Assembly: GCA_009103225.1 (NCBI GenBank)
Contig: RHPI01000017.1
Coordinates: 1-64,000 of the forward strand
DNA from: Chlorokybus atmophyticus
Lineage: Eukaryota > Plantae > Mesostigma and Chlorokybus algae
Length of the DNA: 64,000 nucleotides
Direction: 5' to 3'
Part shown: positions 39,074 to 50,353 of the stretch, one piece after another
Position numbering within the stretch: position 1 is the stretch's first letter
Layout: each line of letters opens with the position of its first letter
Position numbers and translations under genes: made by a program
Notes under the pieces: model-generated
Seen by the model: only the letters and a program-made list of their open reading frames with translations
Databases searched by the model: none
Told to the model about the DNA's origin: nothing

Positions 39074-39399
39074 GGGTACTTCTCGCGCAAGGTGTGGAAA
39101 TGGAGGTGCTTACCTGGTGATGATTGCTGTGCGTAGAAAGCGGTTGCTGCGTTGCTTTCAACCACTTTGCCCGCGACAACACCGAAGACATTAAAGTTGC
39201 CCGCTGTATTGCCAAAACCTGGGGTAGTACATCATAATTGTGTTAATCGTCAGCGCAAGGAGCAATAATAGGCACGTGCGCACCCTTATTAAAAATGCTT
39301 TAAACTTTTTGTTCTGCTCGTCAATGATCTTCAGCATGCCCATCTGTTGACACACATGGCACAACACAGCTGAAGTCATTTGTCGTACAGTCAATACAC

Positions 39400-39645
39400 G
39401 CAACGCCAGTAGCGCTTGTTGCCCTTACTTTAGCATCGATTGGCGAGGCCGCCACTGTCTTTTCGCTGCTAGGCGTGTCGGTAGCGCCTACGACACTTGC
39501 GGCCTGGCTGCCTCCACTGGCAACGCCAGTAGCGCTTGTTGCCATTACTTCAGAATCCATCGGCGAGGCCACCACTGCCTTTTCGCTGCTAGGCGTGTCG
39601 GTAGCACCCACGACGCTTGCGGCCTGGCTGCCTCCACTGGACAGG
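39400..39645. repeat. 120-bp tandem duplication, open on the minus strand (GGSQAASVVGATDTPSSEK x2)
   Basis: ACGCCAGTAGCGCTTGTTGCC recurs 120 bp apart; ORF 39321-39764 repeats the peptide. Confidence 0.85.
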
Positions 39646-40778
39646 CTTGCGATAGGGGTGTCGTAACCTGCGACGCTTGGGTTGCCGCTGCTGTGCTCCA
39701 TCGATACTTGTGTGCACTGTGTTGTTCTAGTTTCAAGCAATCCACACAAGCCAGAACAGTTCAAGCACAGGGCCCCATTGTCACCTGCGATGTGCCGACC
39801 TGACTCTCTGCACCGTCCAGGTGTTGCCCTTGGTTACCGTGGCTTCGCTTGCTGGTACACATAGCAGGTGAGACGAGTCAATTAACAATTCTTGCTGTGC
39901 AACTTGTAGCTAGAAAAGCATACAGCAAAGTGCTGCATGCCAATTAGCATTGTCTGCTGCCTACTGATGCAAAGCAAGGCGTCTATTAGCGACCAAACTA
40001 GTTCTGCGCGCGCATAGCCATTCCAGACAAGCACACCATGGTTTTGCTGATGAAAGCAAGCGCAATGCAAGCATTGATAGTAGTATTATTAGGATACTAT
40101 TATTAGGGTTCAATGCAACAGCGGCATTTTCACGATTAGCAAGCAACAATTGGTAGCACAATGACACACACCCTCCAGACTTTGTGGAGGCCCTCCAGAG
40201 CCGTGTAAGTGTAGCAGGCCTCCTGCTTGCAATTGACAAAAAAACCTACTTGTTTACCACGCAAACGCACCGGTATTCACAAGCGCAGCTGATGATGGCG
40301 CACCAGGTGCCAGCCACACATGCGATCTGACGGAAACACCCAACATGCTGACCAGCAAGCTCACAGCAGCAACGAGTTTGCTGTCAACTGCGCCTTTGCC
40401 CATCCGAACACAAACTTCCACATAGCAAGCAGGGATGCTTGCATTGCTAGCAATAAAAAAAGGATGCGCTCACCCGTTGCGAGGTTTGTGCAGGGGACAG
40501 CTGCGCAATCCAACTCAACATCATGCGGCATTGACGGGTGGCTCTCTCCGCCGTCCGGGTTTCGCCCTTGCTTGCGGTGGCTGCGCCTGCTGGTACACGC
40601 ATGATAGGTGAGACGAGCCAACCGACAATATTTACTGTAGCTGAAAGAGCCCATAGCAAAGCAGCAGCTAAGTTGTCCGCTGATCCCACTGGCAAGCGCA
40701 ATTGTCTTCACAACCATGGTTCACACATTGCTGCGGTGACATACATTTGAACACTGGGACAAGGGATGTAACATACTA

Positions 40779-43700
40779 TGTCATGCCAGCGGTCCACGAG
40801 GGGCCAACTTCTTCGTTCATGCCTACAGCCAGACATCAACCCGGCTGTCATGCTATTCGTCAACGTCCGCGAAATCTCCTCGACCATGCCTATAGCGAGG
40901 CATCTGCGCCTGCCATTAGCATGAGGACCGCGCGCCACGAGTCGTACGACTGCCACGGCGGTCGTGAGTCGTGGGTACCATCGTAGGTACCGTCGTAAGT
41001 ACCATCATAGCTGTTCCGTTCTGGCTCAGCTCGAACTGCATCGAGTTTCAACGGCTCTATCGCTTGAACTCACAACTAGCCGCTGCTCTAGGACTGCACA
41101 GTTGTAAGTAGATGCGGCTGTGCTATAAGGAGCAGACTTAGCCCCATTGCTACCTAGCAAGACTGTGAATACGAAGCAAGGACAGAGCAACGCCCCAACC
41201 TCTGCAATACAAGGACTACACGTGAGCTTGGTGTGTTTGTGATTGTTGTGTGTTATGTATGGATGCAGAGCACACACATACACATTGCATTTGCCTCACA
41301 CACTAGCTACGCGTGCTTGCATTGTTGAGCATACACACGCATCAGTCAGGGTCTGCTATCACACCTGGTAGTAGCACCCATAGCTCTTACTTCACAGGGA
41401 ACATATATATACATACATACACGTGCATCTTGCTATCGTGGGAAGGCCCTGTGAGCACAGCACCTTAGTAGGTGGCTTGTTGACTCACAGTCTTGCTCCC
41501 TTTTACATTGATAGTAGATCATTCTTGCACGCACAGTGCACCTCACATCTCACCGCACTTGCACGAGTGCATACGAGTAGGGTTGGCATCATCATCTTGG
41601 AGAGAGCAGCAGCAGCAACAAGCTGGGAGGACGACGAGTACTTTTGCACTATACCTGCAGCTCCAGCCAAGGACGGTCGCAGCAGCTTCTATAGCTGGGA
41701 GGACAACCAGCGCCTCCGTACTACACCTGCACCCCCTGCCCAAGAGACGGTTGTCGCCTTCCCCAGCTCGTCGTCAACACTGTGCAACACATCCACATCA
41801 CACCTCCACTTGTCTCGCGTCTCCCTCGACATGACTACTGCCCTTACTGCGCCACCACCTCTTTCCTTCTCTGGTCGCCCCAACACGCTGCCTCTGGACG
41901 AGTTTGTCAATAAGTTGGACTCCGTGCTGCTCCTACACGAAGCAGGCAGCCGTTGGTGGTCGGAGGAGTTGTCCTTCCAGATGGCAGCCATGTATCTCGA
42001 TGAGGAAGCACACCATGTGTGGCGCTCAGTCGCGGCTCGCTACGGCATTGGCGGATACGGCACCCTACACTCCGAGGCAGCCTCCACGACACCGCCATTG
42101 TCCACGCTCAGCCCGGCAACTCCTACACCAGCCTCTCGGCGCACCAACACCGCCGCTGGCTCACTTGTGGGCGCACCAATTATCAACATTTTGGTGCAAC
42201 ACACTGGGTTTCCCATGAGAGACCTCTACACGGCCTTGCGTCGCACCTTTCCTCCATCCACTCGAAAGAAGGTAGCTGACCTTTGCCGCTTTCGACGTCG
42301 AGACGATGAAGACCCGTTGCGGATGTGTCATCGGCTGATGTCTCTCCTCAAGGACACGGACTACCGCATCCTAAGCGACAAAGCCGCGGCCGTCATCTAC
42401 GTGTCTCAACTTGAGCCCGAGCTGTCCAACATGGTGGACACCGCTCGCAGCAACACCCGACCACAAGGCTTCTCCTTACGCCAAGCCTTCGAAGTGACCT
42501 TGCACCTGCATCAGCGCCACGTGTGGAGAAGCGCCGTGCTTGAGATGCATCAGAGCCCTGGCCGAGCTGATCTCAACACAATCTCCTTCCCTGACGAGGA
42601 CACCGACGCAGCACCTGCATCGTCACCGAGTTCTTCCCCACGGGCTGCTCACGCAGCATGCGACATGCTCCGCATGTGTCTTCGGTGTGGCCTTGAAGAC
42701 CACACAGCCAGGGAGTGCACCGAGAGGTGGGCTGCTCTATGCTGCGCCTACTGCGGCAAGAACGGCCATCTCGAGTCGGTGTGCTTCTCTCAGCATCCTC
42801 ATCTCCGCCAGCGACAACATGGTGGTGGTCTTGTGCGCGCCTGCGCGGACGAGGATGACCGCTACAGCGACGCTGATGACCATGAAGAGGACAACCCCTA
42901 CAGCGACGCTGATGACCGTGACGAGGATGGCCCCTACGACAACGATGTCGTCAACGATGATGACGAAGAGTTGTCACCCGCGCCCGTATCCGCTGGCACC
43001 CCACGCGCAGCAACTGAAGCGTTCCGACGTGCTCGCGTGCCAGCCTCACATGTTGATGATGACGTCCCCAACGCCATCTCCGTGCTCACCGCCAAGGTAG
43101 CACAGCTGGAAGCACTTGTGGATGCACGTCGCAACTTGTATCGTGCATGCTACACCGCCACACGCCGGTGCAGCTATGGGACCACGATTGCACGCACTTT
43201 CGAGGACGATGGTCGAGACGCCACGCGTACCATCACTCTTGCGTCATCACCGTCTTCGTGAAGCGGACAGTTGCAGCAACAGCTGCAGGGCTGCATCACA
43301 CGCCAGCCTCGGCGACACTGTCACCACGCACTGCCAAAGCACCAGCACCGTCACCAACTTTATCCTTGCAGTCCGTCAACTCTGTCGGCACTGTCCGCCC
43401 TTGCAGCCAGCCACTTGCTGCACGCATCCACCACATCGGCGCCGTCTACGGCCGCGCCAAGCACGACGACGCAGCTACAGCTGCATCGTCATGACGACAA
43501 GGCCGACACGCGCGTTGTTTCATCCTCCACAACGCTGCCAGCTCCAGCTCCGCCCTCCTCGCTGACGTGCGCATCCACGCGCACCAGCCCTTCAAGCCAT
43601 CACAGGCACACACACCTGTACCGGCTTGCTGACGTGCGCAACCACGCGCACCAGCACTTCATCGCCGCAGGCACACACACCTGCCCCGGCCTCCTCGCTG

Positions 43701-45071
43701 CCGCATCCACGCGCGCCAGCTCTGCCCTTGCTGCAGGCACACACACCTGCAATCCTTAATCCCGCGCGCATCAGCTTCTTCGGCGCTGCAGGTACACACC
43801 CCTGCACCGACCTCGTCGCGGCGCATCCACGCCCACCAGCTTCTTTGGCGCGGCAGGCTCAACATCTGCATTGCCCTCTCCGTCTTCTGCGTCGCCGCGG
43901 TGGAAGCCATCACACCAACAACATCTGTCTGGGGGGTGACGTCCTCACCTACGCTGCTCCGCGCATTCTCTTCGCTCCCGTGCATACACATATGTTGAGC
44001 ATGTGCCAGGGGACCTACCTACGGCTCAAGGGGGGTGGCTTGCTGCCTACATAGCTTCCTCTACACTTAGTTATGCTGGGTGGGAGCTCTTCTCAGCTGC
44101 ACACGGATGTCTACAACAGCCCACGAGGCTGGCCTCATTCCCCATTATGGCAATACGGTTGGAAGCGACCTGGAGGGGCACACGACCCTGCCAGGCCCGA
44201 CAGCTGTCGTGCCAGCGGGCCACGAGGGGCCAACTTCCTCGTTCATGCCTACAGCCAGACATCGACCCCGCTGTCATGCTGTTCGTCAACATCCGCAAAG
44301 TCTCCTCGACCATGCCTATAGCGAGGCATCCGCGCCTGCCATTAGCATGAGGACCGCGCGCCGTACGGCGTACGACTGCTACGGCGGTCGTGAGTCGTGG
44401 GTACCATTGTAGGTACCGTCATAGGTGGGTACCATCATAGCTGTTCCGTTCTGGCTCAGCTCGAACTGCATCGAGTTCCAACGGCTCTATCGCTTGAACT
44501 CACAACTAGCCGCTGCTCTAGGACTGCACAGTTGTAAGTAGATGCGGCTGTTCTATAAGTAGCAGACTTAGCCCCATTGTTACCTAGCAAGACTCTGAGT
44601 ATGAAGCAAGGACAGAGCAACGCCCCAACCTCTGCCATACAAGGACTACACGTGAGCTTGGTGTGTTTGTGATTGTTGTGTGTTGTGTATGGATGCGGAG
44701 CACATACATACACATTGCATTTGCCTCACACACTAGCTGCGCGTGCTTGCATTGTTGAGCATACACATGCATCAGTCAGGGTCTGCTATCACACCTGTTA
44801 GTAGCACCCATAGCTTTTACTCAACAGGGAACATACATTTATACATACATACACGTGCATCTTGCTATCGTGGGAAGGCCCTGTGAGCACAGCACCTTAG
44901 TAGGTGGCTTGTTGCCTACATAGCTTCCTCTACACTTAGTTATGCTGGGTGGGAGCTCTTCTCAGCTGCACACGGATGTCTACAACAGCCCACGAGGCTG
45001 GTCTCATTCCCCATCATGGCAATACGGTTGGGAGCGACCAAAAGGGGCACACGACCCTGCCAGGCCCGACA
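40779..45071 (+). mobile_element. Gag-only element with split direct repeats A1-ORF-B1A2B2 (PAT/Ngaro/TOC1-like architecture), non-autonomous
   Basis: A1 40779-41482 matches A2 44205-44914; B1 44034-44202 matches B2 44903-45071. There is one gag-like ORF and no RT or recombinase motif inside. Confidence 0.7.
41831..43261 (+). CDS. Gag-like protein with two CCHC-type knuckles and an acidic repeat
   Basis: PLSFSGRPNTLPLDEFVNKL; FRRRDDEDPLRMCHRL; CLRCGLEDHTAREC and CAYCGKNGHLESVC; YSDADD repeats. The frame is open from 41423, but the likely start is the ATG at 41831. Confidence 0.75.
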   Translation: MTTALTAPPPLSFSGRPNTLPLDEFVNKLDSVLLLHEAGSRWWSEELSFQMAAMYLDEEAHHVWRSVAARYGIGGYGTLHSEAASTTPPLSTLSPATPTPASRRTNTAAGSLVGAPIINILVQHTGFPMRDLYTALRRTFPPSTRKKVADLCRFRRRDDEDPLRMCHRLMSLLKDTDYRILSDKAAAVIYVSQLEPELSNMVDTARSNTRPQGFSLRQAFEVTLHLHQRHVWRSAVLEMHQSPGRADLNTISFPDEDTDAAPASSPSSSPRAAHAACDMLRMCLRCGLEDHTARECTERWAALCCAYCGKNGHLESVCFSQHPHLRQRQHGGGLVRACADEDDRYSDADDHEEDNPYSDADDRDEDGPYDNDVVNDDDEELSPAPVSAGTPRAATEAFRRARVPASHVDDDVPNAISVLTAKVAQLEALVDARRNLYRACYTATRRCSYGTTIARTFEDDGRDATRTITLASSPSS

Positions 45072-46599
45072 ACCATAGCATATTACATGTAGTACAATAA
45101 TGCATCTGAGTCGTCGGCTGCCTACCAACGCAAAGCACGGCGTTCATTATCGACCAAGTTTTGCAGCCATTCTAGCCAAGCAAACTATGGTCGTGCTGTA
45201 AGAAGCAAGCGCCAACGCAAGCAAGCATTGGCGACATTAGCGATTGGCGCAATCAATAGCAGTATATGCATAATCAGCAAGCAGACAACTGCAGCTCAAT
45301 GACACATAACTCCATGTTTGTTTAACCAGAAACAGCTTTGAAATGACAGCAAGTCGCATGCTTGCGAGTGATAGAAACCCTGTTTTCATTTCCACGCACA
45401 TGCAGTTTAACTAACAGATGCCGCATTGACCACCCAACATGCATGCCGGCCAGCAACATGCAACATGCTCGCAGCAGCCGAACTCAACTCAACTCCACAA
45501 CCCATACAGCAATCAGCAGGATAGCAAGCATTGCAGCAGGCCGTTGCTCACCCCTGCCCCGAGGCCTGTGCAGGCGGTGAAAGCTGCGCAACCCTACCCA
45601 CGTGGATTGCGCAGCTGATCAGAGTCGTGCGGCGTTGGAAGGTGTGTGTCCTTGCCCAGGCCGTTCACTCCACTCGACCGTACCACCACCACCACCACTA
45701 CTACCACTACCACCACCACCACCACTACCGCCACCACCACAACGACAACCCCGCCCGCCGCCGCTCGGGGATGTCATTTGCAAATTAACATTGCACGGAA
45801 TTTGACTTTTACATTACTGACTTTTACATTAACACGGATGCAGCCAACAAAGGCTTTGTTAAACAATAGTGTGGCACACAACAGTGACAGTAGCGTCGGA
45901 ATTAATCGTTTATCAGAGCCAATGAGATTCTGACTTGACATTTCTGTAGTTTGTTGCAGGCATACATTGGATTGGCGGCTGTTGTTGAGTTTCTCACCTA
46001 TTAGAACCTGTAGCAAGATATTTAAGAGGCCCTTAACGAGCTGTGCTCGGCAGTTGCCGTCAATCTATCGTTAATAACAATGTGATCAAACCCTAGTAGG
46101 TGGTGTGTGGGTGCGCGTCGGCGAGTGTAGCCTCCCGCAGGCCAATACCAAGTACAGTCTACCCCTTTGTAGAGCATACCGTTTATCCTCCGCTATTTTA
46201 TGCTCTTGGCGGGGTAATTCTCTTTACGTCCAAGCACATACTACGCTTTTGGGTGTCAAGAGCACAAATATGCTTTAAGCGCGCTTTCATCACGCCCATC
46301 ATGCCCATTGCGTCATGCGTATCACGCTACGCCCGTCGCGCCATCACGTTCGTCACGCTAACTGTGCCTCACATCTCAACCATCACGCCCTATTCATCAC
46401 GCGTGTTACGCGTTATGCCACACCCGTTACGCACTACTCCCCCGACTTTGTGATATCGCTCACTAAAACTTGCGAGAATTACTTGAAATAGAAATATGCC
46501 CATCAATGGCTGCTTGTACCCGCGGAGCAGACCGCAGCTCATCATGCCATACGGCTTCAGCTTGACAACACATCATGGCGGTAGCAAGCTTGAGCCTGA

Positions 46600-49030
46600 T
46601 GGCTATGCTAGAGCAGAGAAATATGTGTGCCATGTAGTTGATTGTCCAGTGACTTTTCTGGTTCGGTAAACTGGTGATGGGTCAGCATCGGTAGAGTAAT
46701 TCTCACAACATAATCACAGCAGTCAGCAGCACAAGCTGCGTTTGCACCCATTGACAGTTGCTATGATCAGCAAGTGGGCTCGGGAAGGCAAAAGCGTGTG
46801 GCAATCGTACAAGGCATGCATGGGCATATGCGCAAAGTCTAGGGCACACTGATCGCAGCAACGCGCGGTGGTTCTGCAGCGAGTATCAGGTATGTGCGTA
46901 AGTCGCAATTGAGATGTGTGCTTGCGTGACTGCTGATTGACTCTTGCTGGTGCTGGTGCTCGTTGTGAAGGTGCAATGGATATATCAGACTTTGAACAAG
47001 TGTAAGCGACTGCACGCGGACGATGCTCGGTCTGTTTTTGAGTGGGTGCAGCTGCATCGCGATGTTGCGAAGTTGAATCAGCCACAAACAACCACAAGTA
47101 AAAGCGTTGTCCTCGTTTGTCAATCACCGGAGCAGCAACGCATGACGGCTGCATTTGGCAACCATGTGCTGAGCATTGATGCAACTTTTGGCACCAGCCA
47201 ATACGGGTTTGCATTGTACGCTATCATAGCAATTCAGGTAAGCAACCAACCAGCCAAAGTTGATGCTGAATGCTGACACCAATCAACTGATGCACTTCCA
47301 TATTAGGAAGACGAGGCTGGTTATCCCATTGCGCACGTGTTCACATCTGATCGGAGCGCTACATTGCTACACCAAGGGCTACTAGCCTTCAAGAAAGCAT
47401 CCGGTGCTGCAACCGAAGGGGTGGATGATGGATAAGGTAATGGTTGTTGCCATCAAGCTGATTACCAATCATGCTAAGCCGCTTGGCTTCTCATGCGTGC
47501 TATCCGCATCACTTCTCATGCATTGCTAGGATGCGGCCACGATCAAAGCCTTACGTGATCTATACGAGCAAGGGGTGTTGCTGGGCCAGATGTGCTGCGG
47601 CTTGTTGGTGGCATCAGAAAGAGCCATTAATGAATGGCTCATCGCTCATTGCGTGTCGGATGCTCTTACCCGAGAAGGTGTATAGCACAGCTTGCATGCA
47701 CACCAGCATACGTATGCATTGGTCACCCTCATGATGGTCATGCAGTGTGTGCAAGCCTTGCTGATGTGGTTGTGTGTGTACATAACAGGCTTTACAACAT
47801 CACACGCGTCCACAAGGCAGGCAAAACGCAGCTATCAAGAAGACCAGGATCTCTTACGTAGCAATGTGCGCGCTTGGATTAATAGAATGCGCTTCTGCTG
47901 AACCATTGAGGCGTATGATGTCAAGGACGCGTTCTTGAATGCATATGCTGCACTAGCCTTCACAGAGCTACGCAGCTATTTTTTGGGCTGCTGGTCTGCA
48001 TGCAAGGAGATGTGGGTAAATGGCTTCGTGCCGGACTCCCACCGTCAAGTTTGCAGTGTGCGATGTGATAACTACAGCAAAAGTCACTTTCGGCAACTCA
48101 AGCACTCCGGCATCTTCTTCATTGGGCGCTTGCCAAAGCGCCTTTATGTTGCCGTTGAAACCTTGATGGACGGGAACGGGATTCTTGCTGAACGGCGTCG
48201 AGACCGCGAGGCAAGACGTAATGGCTACAAGGGGCGGATTGTCGCAGCAGCTCGGCGCACTCATGAAGAAGCTCTGATGCTAGTCCACAAGCTTGGTGAA
48301 GGACAAGGGCGCCTTCAAGTCATTGACCTTGATGCTGGATTTTTTCTTCTTCACCTCTACAAAGAAGACATGCTACTATGAATCAGCATGCATTCATGCA
48401 CATGTGCTGCGTTTGAAATGGAGAACGTGGGTCGGGAAGGACCGTTGCTGCTGTGCAAGCATGTGAGAGCTGCGGCCATGATAACCTTTGACTATGCTGA
48501 TTGGGGCATTAAGTCTTTCACGGACATCAGCTACTTTGCTGTTCTGACAGCTACTCTACCTTCAATGGCTACGGAGAGCGTGCAGTATGAGCAAGTTGAC
48601 CCAGCTACAGTGACTTTCCAACCCAACTTACATCCGGAAGACACAAGCAACTTTCGGCACGTGTGCGGCGCCATCAACAATATGGGGGTGTATCTGAATG
48701 GGTGCATTGCGAAAGCCACCTTGGGCAGCTCCACGCCAGCAAAGTTGCAGCTAGCGCATCAGATCCTACATCACTACGCTTTGCAAAGCGTAGTGATGCG
48801 CAGGTAATTCCAGGCTTCCAATGGCAGGCCATAATGGCACATGCCGGGCAACGCGTGTACAAGCAAAATGCGTTTGCGCATCGCGACAGGCGCAAGGGAA
48901 AGAGACGGAGAGGCCAGTCACCTGAAGTAGATGTTGTATTGGGGAAGGGCAGCAAAAGAAGTAACAAAAATGTGCGAACCATGCCTGCATACTGAACATG
49001 CTATGACAACACGCAGCTGGTTGCCTATGT
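46600..49030 (+). mobile_element. Mutator-like (MULE) transposase with SWIM zinc finger, intron-containing and decayed
   Basis: VLSIDATFGTSQYGFALY, GYPIAHVF, MDK, W..CKEMW, SCTCAAF...LCKHVRAA (CxC-xn-CxH). Frameshifts present; TIRs not identified. Confidence 0.7.
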
Positions 49031-49837
49031 AAACTGCCACATGTCACAGACCATAGCAAGTCAGTACTTCATGTCAACCATGGCACAGCACTTTGTGCAT
49101 GTGCATGTGCACATTGTGCACGTCAATGCAGCAGCATATGTGCACACCTGCAACCCCACGCGCATGCGCACACGCGATTTGGACGCATTGTTTAAACAAG
49201 AGGAAAAGGTTGTTCACCAGCACGCACTGTTCACTACTGATTGCTTAGCACCAAGGTCTGGTTGCAGCAATCACTCGCTGCATGTGTACAGCATCACTAA
49301 CACTATGTCACCGTTACGCGACAACGGCTGCTACAACAAGCTTGACAAAGCGCTTCAGCTAGAACCTCTTGCGCCACCGCCATTGTTGCTGTCTTTGAGG
49401 CTGAGGGCGTGCCCTTGAGGATGACCACAGTTCCTGCTGCGGTCCACAAACCACAAATCACTACATTGACACAACAAGACCCTGCCCACAGCTTGGGTGC
49501 AAGTCCCTGAAACTGACAGGCCTGGGGACAACACAATACAGCACAACACACACACATGCATGCCCAGCCTCAGCAATTGTCTCACCAACAGCATCGTCGG
49601 CGTGGAAGTGGAAAAGAAGATGATGCACCACATGCCGGCAGGAGGAGCAGCAAGCACACAGTCATGGTCTTGGCGCAGGGCGAGCGGCCATGGCGGCAAC
49701 AGCTGCTGCGTGGCCAAAGAAACCTGAACAAGGCTGCAAATGTGTCGGTTGCACCGTCATGTTGAGTTTTGTGTCTTATAGCACAAGGTTGCAAGTGACA
49801 AACATGCAACAAGGAAAGGATACAGCACGCGCACGAG

Positions 49838-49841
49838 AGAG

Positions 49842-49887
<46 letters not shown>
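49838..49887. repeat. (GA)n microsatellite abutting a gap
   Basis: Direct reading. Confidence 0.95.
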
Positions 49888-50353
49888 NNNNNNNNNNNNN
49901 NNNNNNNNNNNNNNNNNNNNNNNNNNNNNNNNNNNNNNNNNNNNNNNNNNNNNNNNNNNNNNNNNNNNNNNNNNNNNNNNNNNNNNNNNNNNNNNNNNNN
50001 NNNNNNNNNNNNNNNNNNNNNNNNNNNNNNNNNNNNNNNNNNNNNNNNNNNNNNNNNNNNNNNNNNNNNNNNNNNNNNNNNNNNNNNNNNNNNNNNNNNN
50101 NNNNNNNNNNNNNNNNNNNNNNNNNNNNNNNNNNNNNNNNNNNNNNNNNNNNNNNNNNNNNNNNNNNNNNNNNNNNNNNNNNNNNNNNNNNNNNNNNNNN
50201 NNNNNNNNNNNNNNNNNNNNNNNNNNNNNNNNNNNNNNNNNNNNNNNNNNNNNNNNNNNNNNNNNNNNNNNNNNNNNNNNNNNNNNNNNNNNNNNNNNNN
50301 NNNNNNNNNNNNNNNNNNNNNNNNNNNNNNNNNNNNNNNNNNNNNNNNNNNNN
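49888..50353. other. Assembly gap (N run)
   Basis: Run of n. Confidence 1.

Noticed and set aside
38332-39215. Long ORFs in the ORF track spanning 38.3-39.2 kb (and likewise 49.7-51.0 kb)
   Set aside because: They are artefacts of translating N runs.
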